IMG/VR virus record: IMGVR_UViG_3300037189_006220
Coordinates: 1-64,000 of that record
Length of the DNA stretch: 64,000 nucleotides
DNA from: a virus
Strand: one strand, 5' to 3'
A model generated the notes under the pieces. It made no database searches and was not told the DNA's origin. It worked only from the letters and a program-made list of their open reading frames with translations. Each line of letters opens with the position of its first letter. The first letter of the stretch is position 1. Made by a program: the position numbers and the translations under genes. Below, piece by piece: positions 1-11,100 of the stretch.

Positions 1-1343
1 ATGTTCTGCTCTGCCTCACGAGCGTGCTGGATAAGACCAAGCTCGTTGTGGCGAGCGAGAAGCTCTGGGTACGCACGCGAGAACAGGTTACCGAACTGCA
101 TCTGGAGAGTAACAGCGTCAGTGTACGATGTCTGCTCCTGTGCAGCTGTAACAGTAAGGCTAGCCTTAGTTGAGCTGTTCGGGGTTGTGTCGGTTGAGTT
201 TGTCCAAACACCAACAGCGTTGTCATATGATGCCAATACTGGAGGAGTTACGTAGCGGATACCACCACGGTCTGCTTGGAACGAAGGAAGTGAGTCACGA
301 ACGGGACGGGCGTTTGAGCCAATTCCGAAGATGTCGTAACGAACCTGAAGAGGTGTGGCAAAACCACCCGAAGCGACAAGCGCCTTGGCTCCAACTACGT
401 TCTCAATCTTTGCGCGGTTCTCTTCTGGGTCAGTTCCGAGAGTACGAGCCTCTGGGTACTGGGTCGAGATTGAAGCAACGATGTGCTGCTCACCATCTCC
501 ACCATTGACGCGACGCAGTGAGTGGAGACGCTTCTCCATTGCGACTGCAACGTCGGACATTGAATCAATTGTGCTTCCAGCGGTGTAGCCCGGGATGTCG
601 GCACCAGCTGTGATAGCAACTGGAGCTGATTCGACAACTTCGAGCACAGGCTGACGGTCAACAGGAGCTTCGAAAGCTCCTTCTGCTGCGGCGGTCACGG
701 GTGCCTCTTCCTGAGCCTCTGGCTCAATAGTTGTGTTTTCTTCTGCTGAGAAGGTCTCTTCTTCAGCAACTGAAGCTTCAAGAACGTCTGATGTTGAAGC
801 CATAGGTGCTTCCTCAACAGGCTCTTTCTTCTCTTCTTCAGGTGTTTCTGTTCCCTCTTCAGCCGGGGTACCTTCAGCGGGAGCGCCCTCTACGGGAGCC
901 TCCTCTGCTGGAACCTCTGGCGAAGCGGGTGCTTCGTCAACGGGTGCGTTGTCGGTGGCGAACTCAGCAACTTCAGCCGAGTCAGTTGATGCCTCTGACA
1001 TGTTCTTCTCCTTGTTTTCATCTTGAGGGGTCTCGGTTGAGTCCTCAACAGGATTCTCCTCGGAGGGAACCTGCTCGGGGACTACATCTTCTGAACCGTG
1101 AACACGGTCAACAGCATCGGCAGCAGCAGCAGTAAGCTCTTCCGCCTGTGCCTCGCGACGAGTTACCTCGCCACGGACTGTGTCCAACATGTCTGCAAGA
1201 GTAGTCATTGCATCTACTGTCTCGGGAGTGGGGTCACTTTGCTCAACCGCCTCAAACTCGCTGACGATGCTTGTCTGAAGCTCAGCGACTTGCTCGTCGC
1301 TCAGCTCAGCTAGCTGGTCTAGCTGTGTTTTAATTTGGTCCAC
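1..1343 (-). CDS. Major capsid protein (actinophage type with long acidic N-terminal region), 3' end outside window
   Basis: Not in ORF track. GTG at 1343 after AAGGAGAGG; open frame MDQIKTQLDQL...ASGGFATPLQVRYDIFG...RPVRDSLPSFQADRGGIRYVTPP runs to the window edge, downstream of portal and protease genes. Confidence 0.85.
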   Translation of the reverse strand, partial: MDQIKTQLDQLAELSDEQVAELQTSIVSEFEAVEQSDPTPETVDAMTTLADMLDTVRGEVTRREAQAEELTAAAADAVDRVHGSEDVVPEQVPSEENPVEDSTETPQDENKEKNMSEASTDSAEVAEFATDNAPVDEAPASPEVPAEEAPVEGAPAEGTPAEEGTETPEEEKKEPVEEAPMASTSDVLEASVAEEETFSAEENTTIEPEAQEEAPVTAAAEGAFEAPVDRQPVLEVVESAPVAITAGADIPGYTAGSTIDSMSDVAVAMEKRLHSLRRVNGGDGEQHIVASISTQYPEARTLGTDPEENRAKIENVVGAKALVASGGFATPLQVRYDIFGIGSNARPVRDSLPSFQADRGGIRYVTPPVLASYDNAVGVWTNSTDTTPNSSTKASLTVTAAQEQTSYTDAVTLQMQFGNLFSRAYPELLARHNELGLIQHAREAEQN

Positions 1344-1472
1344 TGTACCTCTCCTTGGGCCAGTAAGGATGAGCGGAAGTCCCGCTCATCTTTGCGGATA
1401 GTCGGAGGTATAGGGACTTCAACACGCGATTGTGAAGAGGCACTACACCCACTAACTAATATTACATCAATT

Positions 1473-2219
1473 TTATGTTAGTAATCGAAGCATTCGGTTT
1501 AATTGAGACGAAATTTGCGACTGACTGTACACTTCTCCGCCAGACATGAAGTTTTTCAAATCCTTCGTGGCTACGGCTCCATCCTTAGGACCAATCTTCT
1601 TCTCAACTCGGTCAATGATATTTTGAGTGAGTTCTCGAAGAACAGGAGGTAAATCGCTAAAGCGAACCTTCTGTGCTTGGTCGTCGAATGGGAGGGGAAG
1701 ATTTGAAATAACCTTGCCAAGCTCAGTAGTCGTGGCACGCACGTTCTCTACAGACTTGGAGTTGAGTGCACCTGAATCAAGGCGGTCAACAGTACCAATA
1801 AGGTCATGGGCAGACTGTACAGCTTGCTTGTAGTTTCCTACGTTACCAAACTTCTCTGCTTCTTTAATCTTGGCAAGAACAACTTGATTTCCGTTAGGAC
1901 CCAAGTCCTGCTTAAGACGCGCTAGTACATCACGGAACTTGCCAGCCTCATCGCGGGGCTGAGTTTTACCGGGAACATACTTATCAAGAGATGGCAGTCC
2001 CTTATTAAGGTTGACAGGCTCTACAGCCTTTTCAATACCAGTCTTAGCGTTGATGATTGTCTTAGGAGCATCTCCACCGGGAACGGGGCGACCCTGCTTA
2101 GCTTGTTCTGCAGCGGTCTTAGCGTCCTCAACAAGATTCTTGAGTCGGTCAAGAGCACCAGCCACCAGTGGAGTCACTGGTGCTGGCGCTTCATTGATGT
2201 CTTCAGGAAGATTGTCCAT
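1473..2219 (-). CDS. Hypothetical head-module protein with QPRDEAGKF motif
   Basis: 248-aa ORF coupled to the upstream gene (TAATG overlap). Confidence 0.7.
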   Translation of the reverse strand: MDNLPEDINEAPAPVTPLVAGALDRLKNLVEDAKTAAEQAKQGRPVPGGDAPKTIINAKTGIEKAVEPVNLNKGLPSLDKYVPGKTQPRDEAGKFRDVLARLKQDLGPNGNQVVLAKIKEAEKFGNVGNYKQAVQSAHDLIGTVDRLDSGALNSKSVENVRATTTELGKVISNLPLPFDDQAQKVRFSDLPPVLRELTQNIIDRVEKKIGPKDGAVATKDLKNFMSGGEVYSQSQISSQLNRMLRLLT

Positions 2220-5200
2220 TACTCTGACTCTGTAGTACCTTCAGCAGATGCAGTGATGGCTTCGATACGAGCACGCATTGACTCAACGCTAGCTGTGATG
2301 CCCTGTGAGCTTGCTGTTGTCCAGCCCTCGGGTACGAGGTTTGACTTTCCAAGAGCCTCTGCACGCTTGATGATGTGCTTGCGAACCGCTGCCTTGTTCT
2401 TAGCGCGTCCGTAGGCGTGGATAGCCTTCTTCAGCTCCGAGGCATTGCGGATTGGGAATGAACCATCCTTGAGGGCAAATCCCTTTTCAGCTGCCTTTGC
2501 ACGGACAGCTTCCGAGATGTAACCAGCCTCATCGTAAGGAACACCTGAGGCAATGATTCCCTCGTCAGCGAGGATTGAGAATGCCTGAGCGTAGAACTGC
2601 TCTGCCTCATCTTCGTTAGCCTCGTCCGAGAGAGTCTGGAACTCCTCAGGGATAACTGAAGCGCGGAGTTGCCATGCCCACTTCTGGTGGTGGTCAATAC
2701 GCTCAGCGATGAAGTTAGCAATACCCTGCTCATTAGCTGCGGTGCAGACATTGAAGACCATCTTCAGCTCTTCGATAAGAGCGTTGTTAGCAATGAAGAG
2801 GTCGTATGCCATGTCGTGTGGGTTAGCTGTGTCGATGTCTGAGTCACCAATTGAGCGACCAGCCATGAAGTCACCAAGGTTGAATGGTGAGTCGTAGCCG
2901 AGCTTTACGATGTTCTCTGCGATTGGGTCGATTGAGCCATAGATGTCTTCGTAGATGTCTGAGAACAGCTCGTGGTACTGAGCGAAGTCCTGACCCTTGA
3001 CATTCCAGTGGTATCCGTGTGCACGGAAGTAGACCGAGACGACATCGGAGAGAAGCTTCTCAAGAACGTCAACAATGAGTGGCTCTTGCTCTTCAGCTTC
3101 CATACCCATACCATCAGCGGTAAGAGTCTCAACAGCTGGAGCAATGTTCAACTCCTGCTTGAGCGCATTAAAACGTGCGCGTGCTTCATCCATAGCGGAC
3201 ATTGTTTCTACTTTCTCCAGTCGCTCAAGGCGAGTTGATAGTTCAGTTACAGGGTCTGACTTGAGCTTGGCAAGTACTGAAGCACCAGCAGCTACGAGAG
3301 CCATAACCTGACCTGATGCGACGCGGGCGCGAGCAACAGGGAATCCGGGGACATTTACCTGACAAACAGCAACTAGCTCAAGGCTTCCCTTGATTGGTCG
3401 CCAGTCTCCCGAAGGAGCAGAAGCGCGTAGTGCGCGAACCTGCTCGGGTGAGCAACCGGGGCGAAGTGCGCCAGCAACCCAAATACCGTAAGCGTCTTCA
3501 CCAGCGTGGCAGTCGATAACTGCTGATGCGGTGTCATCGTAGTGCTTGACAGCTTCAGCAGCTGAAGCAGTAATGTCTGCGTGTCCACCAGCAAGAGTAA
3601 TCTGACCTACTGGAACATCTGAGCCATCCTCTGTACGGACAACACCAGTGTGGAAGTAAGCGTAGTTACTACGGCTACGAGGCGGGCGTGTGCCAAAAGC
3701 CATACCAATGTGGTCAACGTGCCATGCAGCGATGTGACCAAAGACACGACCATCGTCAGTAACAGTTAGCGGAGTTGGCTCCTTGAGAGCGGGGTTGTTG
3801 AACCACTCTTTGGGGGGATTAGTCGGAGCAACGCCAGCTACGATGCCACAAGCAACGAGTGCTGAAGCCTCTGTAGGGTCCATCTCATCGACGTAAACAC
3901 CGTCTGTAATCATTTTATCCTCCTGAGGATTGCCTTCTCCGTCGAGAAGATTAATTGTGCATTCTTGAAAAGCTGGCTTAGGTACAATTGTAACGCCCAT
4001 GACCCTAGCCTTATTTATAACAATTTTGTTTTTCTTGATTTCGCCTTCAGAGTTTTCTGTGGGAACCTCTTCTTCAGCCTCAAACTTGTCCATATCTGCT
4101 GACACTCCACGAAGGAATCCGTTACGGACAAGACGCTCAGCCTCGCGACCAAATGCGCCTGAATCGAAGACACCATAGGCGTTAGCAATGCCGTCTTCTG
4201 TGTGCTCCATCTTGTCGATACGTCCGACAACAACAGAACCGTCGTGACCAGCACCAGTCTTAATCTGCCACATGAGTGGAAGTGGGAGGTCACGCATGGT
4301 GATTGCATCCTTCTTAAAGATGCGTCCATCGCCGGACTCCTGACCCTCTGGAATAACTAGAGGAATGTAGAAGCCAGAACCTGACTCAGCAACTGTTCCA
4401 TCGGCAATAAGACCGTTCTGCTCAAAAGCATCTTCGACCTGTGCGTGTAGCTGACGGAGTTCGTAAATCTCGTCAAAGTCCTTGAGCGAGAAGTGACCGT
4501 GGTGCTCTTGCTGAGAACCGGGCCATACGCCGTTCATTTCCTTGTGGCGTAGTGCACAGTAACCCTTAGCACGAATACCAAGATACTTACCAAGGTGACG
4601 AACGCAACGCTTCCAGTCGCCCTCAACGCCCCACTTAATCTTTGCGCCACCCTCACCGATAGTCCAGTAACGGCGAAGCTGTTCTGCATCTCCGTGGCTA
4701 CGGTCAATTCCACCAGCAGCTACGAGCGAGAAGAGAATATCATTGGCTTGGTCAAGATTCTTGAGGAAGAGAACAATCTCCTCGTCTGGCTCCCAGTCGT
4801 CATCGTATGAGTCATCTGGCTCTTCAATGATGTCATGGATAGGCTGAGCCATTTCATTCTCAGTAACCTTTGTGAAGGCTGGTGTAGCTTCAGCGTCCTG
4901 CGACTCTGCAACTAGGTCAGCAAACTGCTCAATTGCAGATGCAGCGTGCTTAGCCTTCCTGTCCATCTTGGCGTGAGTAGAAGTATAGAATCCGAGAGCA
5001 TCCTTGTGACGGAGCTGGCAGTAGCCCTTTGCACGGACACCGAGGTACTTGGAGAGGTGGCGTACACAACGCTTCCAGTCTCCACCAGTTCCCCAGCGAA
5101 TCTTTGCAGCTCCTTCGCCGTGCGTCCAATACTCGCGGAGCTTCTCTGCGTTACCACGGTTACGGTCTGCACCACCAGCTGCAACGAGTGTCGGTCCAAA

Positions 5201-7213
5201 CAGAACGGACATAATCAGCGAAGCAGTAACTGCTGTAGCCTCATCAACCTGCTTAATAACATCCTGAAGAGTAGCATCATCAAGAGGAACTACTGGAGGA
5301 GGAGTAGCTGACTGAAGGTCAGCAAGGGTCTGAGCATCAGGAACCCACTTACCATCCTTACGAACGAACGTAGCTGGCTTAGTAGACGAATTAGATGATG
5401 GGACAAGGCTAACTAGCGAAAGAACAGCCTGTGGGTCGTCTTGGTCAACAACAGCTAGGTAGATTGGGGCAACATCTGAGTTCTCTGGAGTAACCTGAGT
5501 AGGTGCTTGACCCGGCTTAGCGGGGGTTACCTTTTCTGGCTCAGCAACTTGGCTGTCACCAGCAGCACGCATTGGAACAACAGGGCTGTACCAAATAGCG
5601 TTATTAGTTCCACTACGCTTGTCCTTTTCGTGTAGCCACTTATTGAGAAGTGGGTTACCGTAAGGATTCGTGTCAAACTTAGCGTCAGCCTTCTTTTCGT
5701 AGGCACGACCAGCGTCTCCAATGTCAGTGCTGTTCTTTCCTTGAACAGCTACATCCTTGGGGCTTGGGTTAGCACGGAATGAATCACGCTCTGACTTAAC
5801 CCATGCTGAGAAGTTTCCAAGAACCTGCTTGAGGCTGTCATCAGTCATAGCAGGAAGAGTTCCGGGAAGCTGTGCGCCAGCCTTACCAACAGGCATACGA
5901 GGCTCGCCAAGGATACCTGTAACATCTACAGGCTCAACCTGAACTGGCTGACCGGGGATAGTAGCTGTGTATGAACCGGGCTGGAGAATCTTTCCGGGAA
6001 CAGTAACAGTCTGACCGTTCTTAAGCTTTACATCTGCTGTTCCGTTAGCACTATTCATAGCTGTAACGGTTCCAGTACCCCGTGGGTCGCCACCTACGGT
6101 AACAGGAGCACCCATCGAGGTGAACTTACCAGTTGCGTCACGAACCTGCTTAGAAGCATTCTGTGAACGCTCTTCGCCTGTGTACTGGTTGTCTGATGAG
6201 GGAACAGTATCTGCACCAGCTGGAGCAGCTGCGGTAATTGTCTGGTCTACAAAGTCCCAGTCCTCAGCAAATACGGCTTCAACAGCAAGTTCAGACTCGT
6301 GGGAGTCAATCTCATCAATAGTGACATTCTTAAATGGGCACTCGTGAAGGTGAGCAGCGATGATGATTGCTGAATCCGGGTCAATCATCAGGTGAGAAGT
6401 TTCTACGTTATCGTAGGGGTCGTCAAGTGCACGGTCATAAGCCCAGATATCTCCGCTAGGAAATCCTAGGCTATCCCAGTCTCCATCGTCCCAAACATAG
6501 ACATGGCTATCCGAGTCAATCTTGTAGAGTCGGTCAATACCAGAACCATCAAGACGAACACGGGCGAGGAACTCTGGAGCAACAACTTCTTGCTCTTTTA
6601 GTGACTTCTCAAAATCCTCAAGCTCAATGTAGTGATTAGGCTTATCAAACTCGTACACACCAGCAGCAGTTACAGGCTTCTTGTCTTCACGCTCAACAAT
6701 TGCCTGTGCCCAACGCCATGCAGCGTCACCGCCCCACAATGCCCACGCGATACGACCCTTCGAGGGGAAGCCATCCTCCTTAGGAGACCAGCCTTTACCC
6801 TTTTTGTCTACCTCGTGGCGGGGGAAGTACTTAGCAATGTGGCGAACCTTGTGAATACCGATTTGTCCACCAGCAGCGAGAGTGCGAGCCGTATTAAGAC
6901 CAACAGAGGTACCACCACGGTTGTACTTTTTGTGCCACTCAAGCGACTTCTTAGCTTCAGCTTTTACTCCAGACGGAATTGTGTACATACGACCAGTAGA
7001 TGCTGTAATAGAAGCGGTCATAGAAAGAACACCTAGGTCAGCTAGGTCAGACTGAAATTCATCACCGCGTACAGGCTCCCACTCGTGGGACGCAGACATA
7101 ATGTCCATCGAGCCAGAGGCAACAATGACATTAATAGAGGAATCAATAATTACCCCAACACTGCCTTCAGTGAAAAGGTAAAGATTTCCAGAGCGTCCAG
7201 CAAGCTGAGCCAT
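2219..7213 (-). CDS. Capsid maturation protease polyprotein with duplicated Cys/His domain, Dps/ferritin domain and DUF6582-like tail
   Basis: GQESGDGR..RDLPLPLMWQ..GHDGSVVVGRI..GVSAD protease-like block; Dps motif HGYHWNVKG..YHELF..DPIAE; tail DGSFPIRN..KAIHAYGRA; lies between portal and capsid. Confidence 0.8.
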   Translation of the reverse strand: MAQLAGRSGNLYLFTEGSVGVIIDSSINVIVASGSMDIMSASHEWEPVRGDEFQSDLADLGVLSMTASITASTGRMYTIPSGVKAEAKKSLEWHKKYNRGGTSVGLNTARTLAAGGQIGIHKVRHIAKYFPRHEVDKKGKGWSPKEDGFPSKGRIAWALWGGDAAWRWAQAIVEREDKKPVTAAGVYEFDKPNHYIELEDFEKSLKEQEVVAPEFLARVRLDGSGIDRLYKIDSDSHVYVWDDGDWDSLGFPSGDIWAYDRALDDPYDNVETSHLMIDPDSAIIIAAHLHECPFKNVTIDEIDSHESELAVEAVFAEDWDFVDQTITAAAPAGADTVPSSDNQYTGEERSQNASKQVRDATGKFTSMGAPVTVGGDPRGTGTVTAMNSANGTADVKLKNGQTVTVPGKILQPGSYTATIPGQPVQVEPVDVTGILGEPRMPVGKAGAQLPGTLPAMTDDSLKQVLGNFSAWVKSERDSFRANPSPKDVAVQGKNSTDIGDAGRAYEKKADAKFDTNPYGNPLLNKWLHEKDKRSGTNNAIWYSPVVPMRAAGDSQVAEPEKVTPAKPGQAPTQVTPENSDVAPIYLAVVDQDDPQAVLSLVSLVPSSNSSTKPATFVRKDGKWVPDAQTLADLQSATPPPVVPLDDATLQDVIKQVDEATAVTASLIMSVLFGPTLVAAGGADRNRGNAEKLREYWTHGEGAAKIRWGTGGDWKRCVRHLSKYLGVRAKGYCQLRHKDALGFYTSTHAKMDRKAKHAASAIEQFADLVAESQDAEATPAFTKVTENEMAQPIHDIIEEPDDSYDDDWEPDEEIVLFLKNLDQANDILFSLVAAGGIDRSHGDAEQLRRYWTIGEGGAKIKWGVEGDWKRCVRHLGKYLGIRAKGYCALRHKEMNGVWPGSQQEHHGHFSLKDFDEIYELRQLHAQVEDAFEQNGLIADGTVAESGSGFYIPLVIPEGQESGDGRIFKKDAITMRDLPLPLMWQIKTGAGHDGSVVVGRIDKMEHTEDGIANAYGVFDSGAFGREAERLVRNGFLRGVSADMDKFEAEEEVPTENSEGEIKKNKIVINKARVMGVTIVPKPAFQECTINLLDGEGNPQEDKMITDGVYVDEMDPTEASALVACGIVAGVAPTNPPKEWFNNPALKEPTPLTVTDDGRVFGHIAAWHVDHIGMAFGTRPPRSRSNYAYFHTGVVRTEDGSDVPVGQITLAGGHADITASAAEAVKHYDDTASAVIDCHAGEDAYGIWVAGALRPGCSPEQVRALRASAPSGDWRPIKGSLELVAVCQVNVPGFPVARARVASGQVMALVAAGASVLAKLKSDPVTELSTRLERLEKVETMSAMDEARARFNALKQELNIAPAVETLTADGMGMEAEEQEPLIVDVLEKLLSDVVSVYFRAHGYHWNVKGQDFAQYHELFSDIYEDIYGSIDPIAENIVKLGYDSPFNLGDFMAGRSIGDSDIDTANPHDMAYDLFIANNALIEELKMVFNVCTAANEQGIANFIAERIDHHQKWAWQLRASVIPEEFQTLSDEANEDEAEQFYAQAFSILADEGIIASGVPYDEAGYISEAVRAKAAEKGFALKDGSFPIRNASELKKAIHAYGRAKNKAAVRKHIIKRAEALGKSNLVPEGWTTASSQGITASVESMRARIEAITASAEGTTESE

Positions 7214-7218
7214 ATGAG

Positions 7219-7833
7219 TTACTTACTCTCTGTGGTGTCGTCAGGTGAGGTTGTGTAGTTCTCTGCATCAGCAACGGTCATGTTGCCTTTGTCGTATTCT
7301 TTGACAAACTCTTCTGCTGTGTCAGCATTTACCATGTAAGGAATGGTGTCATCAAAAGTGTCGTCAGACGGCTTAACGCCAACCCACTGTCCGTTGTAGC
7401 GAATGAACGCGCCAAACTTATTGACATAGAGGACACCGTAGATGTCTTTGCTATCTGGCTGGCTAAAAGCAACCATTGTTTCATTAGCATCTTGTAGGTA
7501 TGGCATCTGTCCCAGTCCCTGTTCCTTAAAAAGCATTTTCGTGAGGATGTTCGTAGGCAAGTCTACCCCATAATCCGAAATCCACTCGCCGTCTTCTGAC
7601 TCAAGTGGGCGGATTGTGTAGGTATCGCCATCATCCGTGGTAAACGAAACTAAACCATTATTGTATGGTTCTATCTTACCGTCTTTGACGGGGAATGAGT
7701 CAACTGAACCACTAACATACTCAACATTCAGTGTTGAGTCGTCTGGCATAGAAGCGGATTTAATAGGCTTTGGGTCTGACCCGTCTGCCTTTTCGAGTAC
7801 TCCGGTAGTTGGATAGATGAGTCTATTAGGCAT
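7219..7833 (-). CDS. Hypothetical protein
   Basis: 204-aa ORF in operon context. Confidence 0.7.
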   Translation of the reverse strand: MPNRLIYPTTGVLEKADGSDPKPIKSASMPDDSTLNVEYVSGSVDSFPVKDGKIEPYNNGLVSFTTDDGDTYTIRPLESEDGEWISDYGVDLPTNILTKMLFKEQGLGQMPYLQDANETMVAFSQPDSKDIYGVLYVNKFGAFIRYNGQWVGVKPSDDTFDDTIPYMVNADTAEEFVKEYDKGNMTVADAENYTTSPDDTTESK

Positions 7834-8188
7834 TTTCGTCTAGCTCCTCATTAGCTTCTTCGCTGTTATAGAGATACTCGTCATCTTCTTCAGGGGTTTG
7901 AGGAGGATTTTCCTCATATGCTGCCTGAGCCATATTGAGCATATCAATAAGACCCTGAACTGAGTCGTATGCTTCTTTGCTAACATCGAATGTTCCAGAT
8001 GATTCTGAGTAAATATTTTCGAAACCATCTTTGTGTTCAGTCTCAAGGCTATACTGAGTTCCGAGTGAGCCATCCTGATATAGAAGAACACCGTTATCGA
8101 ATGTTGCAAGCAACTCTCCGTCGGGAGTTACATGCGTCGCTTTTACAGTCACCATATTAGGTGTATCTGCATTAGTATTAGTTTCCAC
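7826..8188 (-). CDS. Acidic hypothetical protein
   Basis: GTG start at 8188 with AGAGGA RBS preferred over the ORF-track start. Confidence 0.6.
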   Translation of the reverse strand: METNTNADTPNMVTVKATHVTPDGELLATFDNGVLLYQDGSLGTQYSLETEHKDGFENIYSESSGTFDVSKEAYDSVQGLIDMLNMAQAAYEENPPQTPEEDDEYLYNSEEANEELDENA

Positions 8189-11100
8189 GGTTATTCCTCT
8201 GATTCTTCTTTGCTTCGTTCTTAGCAATATCCTTTAGGCGCTTTGCCTTAGCCTCTTCGAGAGTGGGGATACGGCGTGTACCCAACCAGTTACTACCATT
8301 AGTAAGCTCACGACCAAGCGTACCACCATGAGTGGGGTAGCTAGAGCGTTGACCCTGAATGTTGGCAATCTCCCATGCGTGAACCTGTACACCAGAATTT
8401 ATCTTCTGAATAATCTCATTCAGCTTCTGAGCATCAAAAAGTCGGTTATTAGCAATAGCCATACGAAGTTGAGTCTTCAGACGAGACTTAATTTCAGTAG
8501 GAACTTTACCGCCATTGTAGTCAAAGCCGGTCTTACCCCATGTGTAGCCACCGTCTTCAAGAGCAGCGTGTACCTGCATAGTATTGACTCCATAGGCGCG
8601 ACCAAAGTCATCCCATGCCTCGAAGTAGTTGGTAGAGAATCCACCACCACGGTCTGGCTTAGCCGGGATGTACATGTAGTCGTTGTAGATGTACATTTCA
8701 CCATTGTTATCGAACTTAAAGGTACGAATCGTGTAACCAACATCTTTACCGTCTTTATTAAAGATAGTAAATTTGAATGAACGACCGCCCTGAGATACTG
8801 GTGCACCTAGGGTGTGAATACCAAACTGCTTACCAGTGAACTGGTCTTCTACCATTTGGAGAACTTTACGCCTATTATTTGGGTCATCCATGTTCTTGAC
8901 GAGGTCTTTAAACTCTTCAGGAGTCATAACCCCTTCATAGCTACCGGGTTCATAGGTATACTCGATAGGTCCGCCACGGCGAGCAACTGCTGGAACTGAC
9001 GGGTCTAGGTCAGCAGGTGTGATGAGGTCAGAGTTACGGTTAGAACCGCGAGACGAAGCGACTCGCATGTTATTGATGATAGAGGTAGCTTGTCGCGATT
9101 CTGGCGTGTGGTAAATAGCCGAACCATTGCGACGAATAAAGTCTGCTACCCAAACTTCATCCCGTGTGTGCGTAGCACCTGTAGGTGAGCCTTGCGACCA
9201 CGAGCCATCTGCATTCTTACGGAACCATCGACTCTGACCGCCAGTAGTTGAGCCAGACAGGTGAGTACCTACTGGAACATTACGCAGGTCAGAAGCTGAG
9301 CTAACCGTTACAGGCTGGTACTCAGGGGCAGAGGGGTCAAAAGTAGGTCGTGCAACAACTGAGCTATTTGCTTCACTAACACGGCTAGCAATACTAGAAG
9401 TGTATGCAGTCTCTCCACGGTCTTGGTTGACCCAGATGTCCGAGCCAGCATAAATCCATGTACGTGAACTTCCATCTGGACGAGTAACTGTGACTCGTGC
9501 TCCAACTGAAGCATTCTCGATATAGGATGGGTCAGTTACAGCTGAACCATCTGCTTGAGGCTCCCAAACCTGAGTAGGAATGGTGCTACCCTCGCGCTGG
9601 AAGAGATTAGCATTAGCCATATCTTCATTGCTTGAACCAGTCTGAGGACGGTTGTTGTCCTCAAGAAGCTGAGAGTACCACAGACCATCTTCCTTCTTGA
9701 TGTAAGTAGCACCATTTACAGTTACTACAGAACCAGTAGGAGCATTAGCAAATGACTCTGGGTTATTGATAGGAGTGTTCTCAGGAATTGATTCCCAGTC
9801 TGGGCTTGTCAGTTCTCCAGTATTTACTACAGGAGCTGGAGTTGCCTCTCGGGGAGCTTGTGGAGCTTCCACCTTATTAGTAGGGGTATTATATGTTGCG
9901 GGAGGAGCTGGAAGTGGGGCTGGTTCGGGGAATCCAGAGTCCTCTAGACGAACCTCTGCGGGTGCTATACGGTGGACTCGTCCATCAGCTAGAACACGGT
10001 CAAAAGCATTCGCTGGTACATCTTCACTAGTGCGGTCACCAAGTGCGTTTACTCGGTGCCACTGACCATTTACATCTTTAATGTAAGCATCGTTGGAGTT
10101 TGATAGTCGAACAATTACTCCAGTAGGAGCATTCTCCATCCAAGCCATATCTGGGATATTAGCTCCAGCGGGGAGGTCAGACCAGTTTGATTCTGGCTGG
10201 GCTTGCGTCGGTGCAGGGGTGCGGTCAAGGGATAGTGCCTGATTGTCAGCTTTACGATACATTGAGGCTTCGCTCATAGTAGCGCCGGAGGACGTGTTCT
10301 TCCATGTTCCGTCTTCTTGCTTGACGTAGTTAATGGGGTCACCCTCATTGTCAACCTCAAATACCACGGTGCCAGCCGGAGTGTGCTGTAGCCAGTCACG
10401 GTTGGGGATGGGGTCACCTGAGTTGATTTGCTCTTGCTCGTGCTCTTGTCTCTGAGCCTCTGCGTTGTTCTCAGGGACACTGGAGATTAGCCAGTCATTC
10501 AGGGTGAAGAACTCTGAGGTATACCTAGCTGCACCCGCACGGTCTGACTGCCATGTGCCGTCAGCTTGCTTGGTTCGAGTTTCTACTACTGTACCGTCAC
10601 CATCAACACGGCTGACCTGAGTACCTACGGGAGCATACTGAAGCCACTCGGTGCTTGGTACCTCTTCATTCTCAAGAGTGTCACGATTCAGCTCAGCGAA
10701 ACGCTCCTCCGGTGAGGTAGCTGGTGAAAGTGCCTCTTGGTTATTCTCAAGCTCGGAGGTACGAATCTTAGCCTCGTTGACAGCATTAGAGACATCAACC
10801 GTGTCGTCTGGCTTCGAGTCAACGATACTACTAGCTAGGTCATTAACAGCCTTAGCGTTCTCTTCTGGAGTTGGCTGGTTACGACGAGGAAGAGCTGAAA
10901 GCTCGCGAGCAATGTCATTCATCTGCTGGGCATTGAATGTGGTGTCACCCTCACGCATACGCAGGGCTTCCATGACTCGGTTGAGTTCATCTGCGCTAAG
11001 TCCCGAGGTGTCTGCCTCGCGGAACTCTGCGAATACGCGGTCAATCTCGTTCTGAGTAGCAGCTTCTGGTGTGGAAGCTTCTCGGGTACGGTATGCCTCA

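Noticed and set aside
1-1313. Plus-strand ORFs in the track
   Set aside because: Antisense shadows of the capsid gene, which the track misses because it runs off the window
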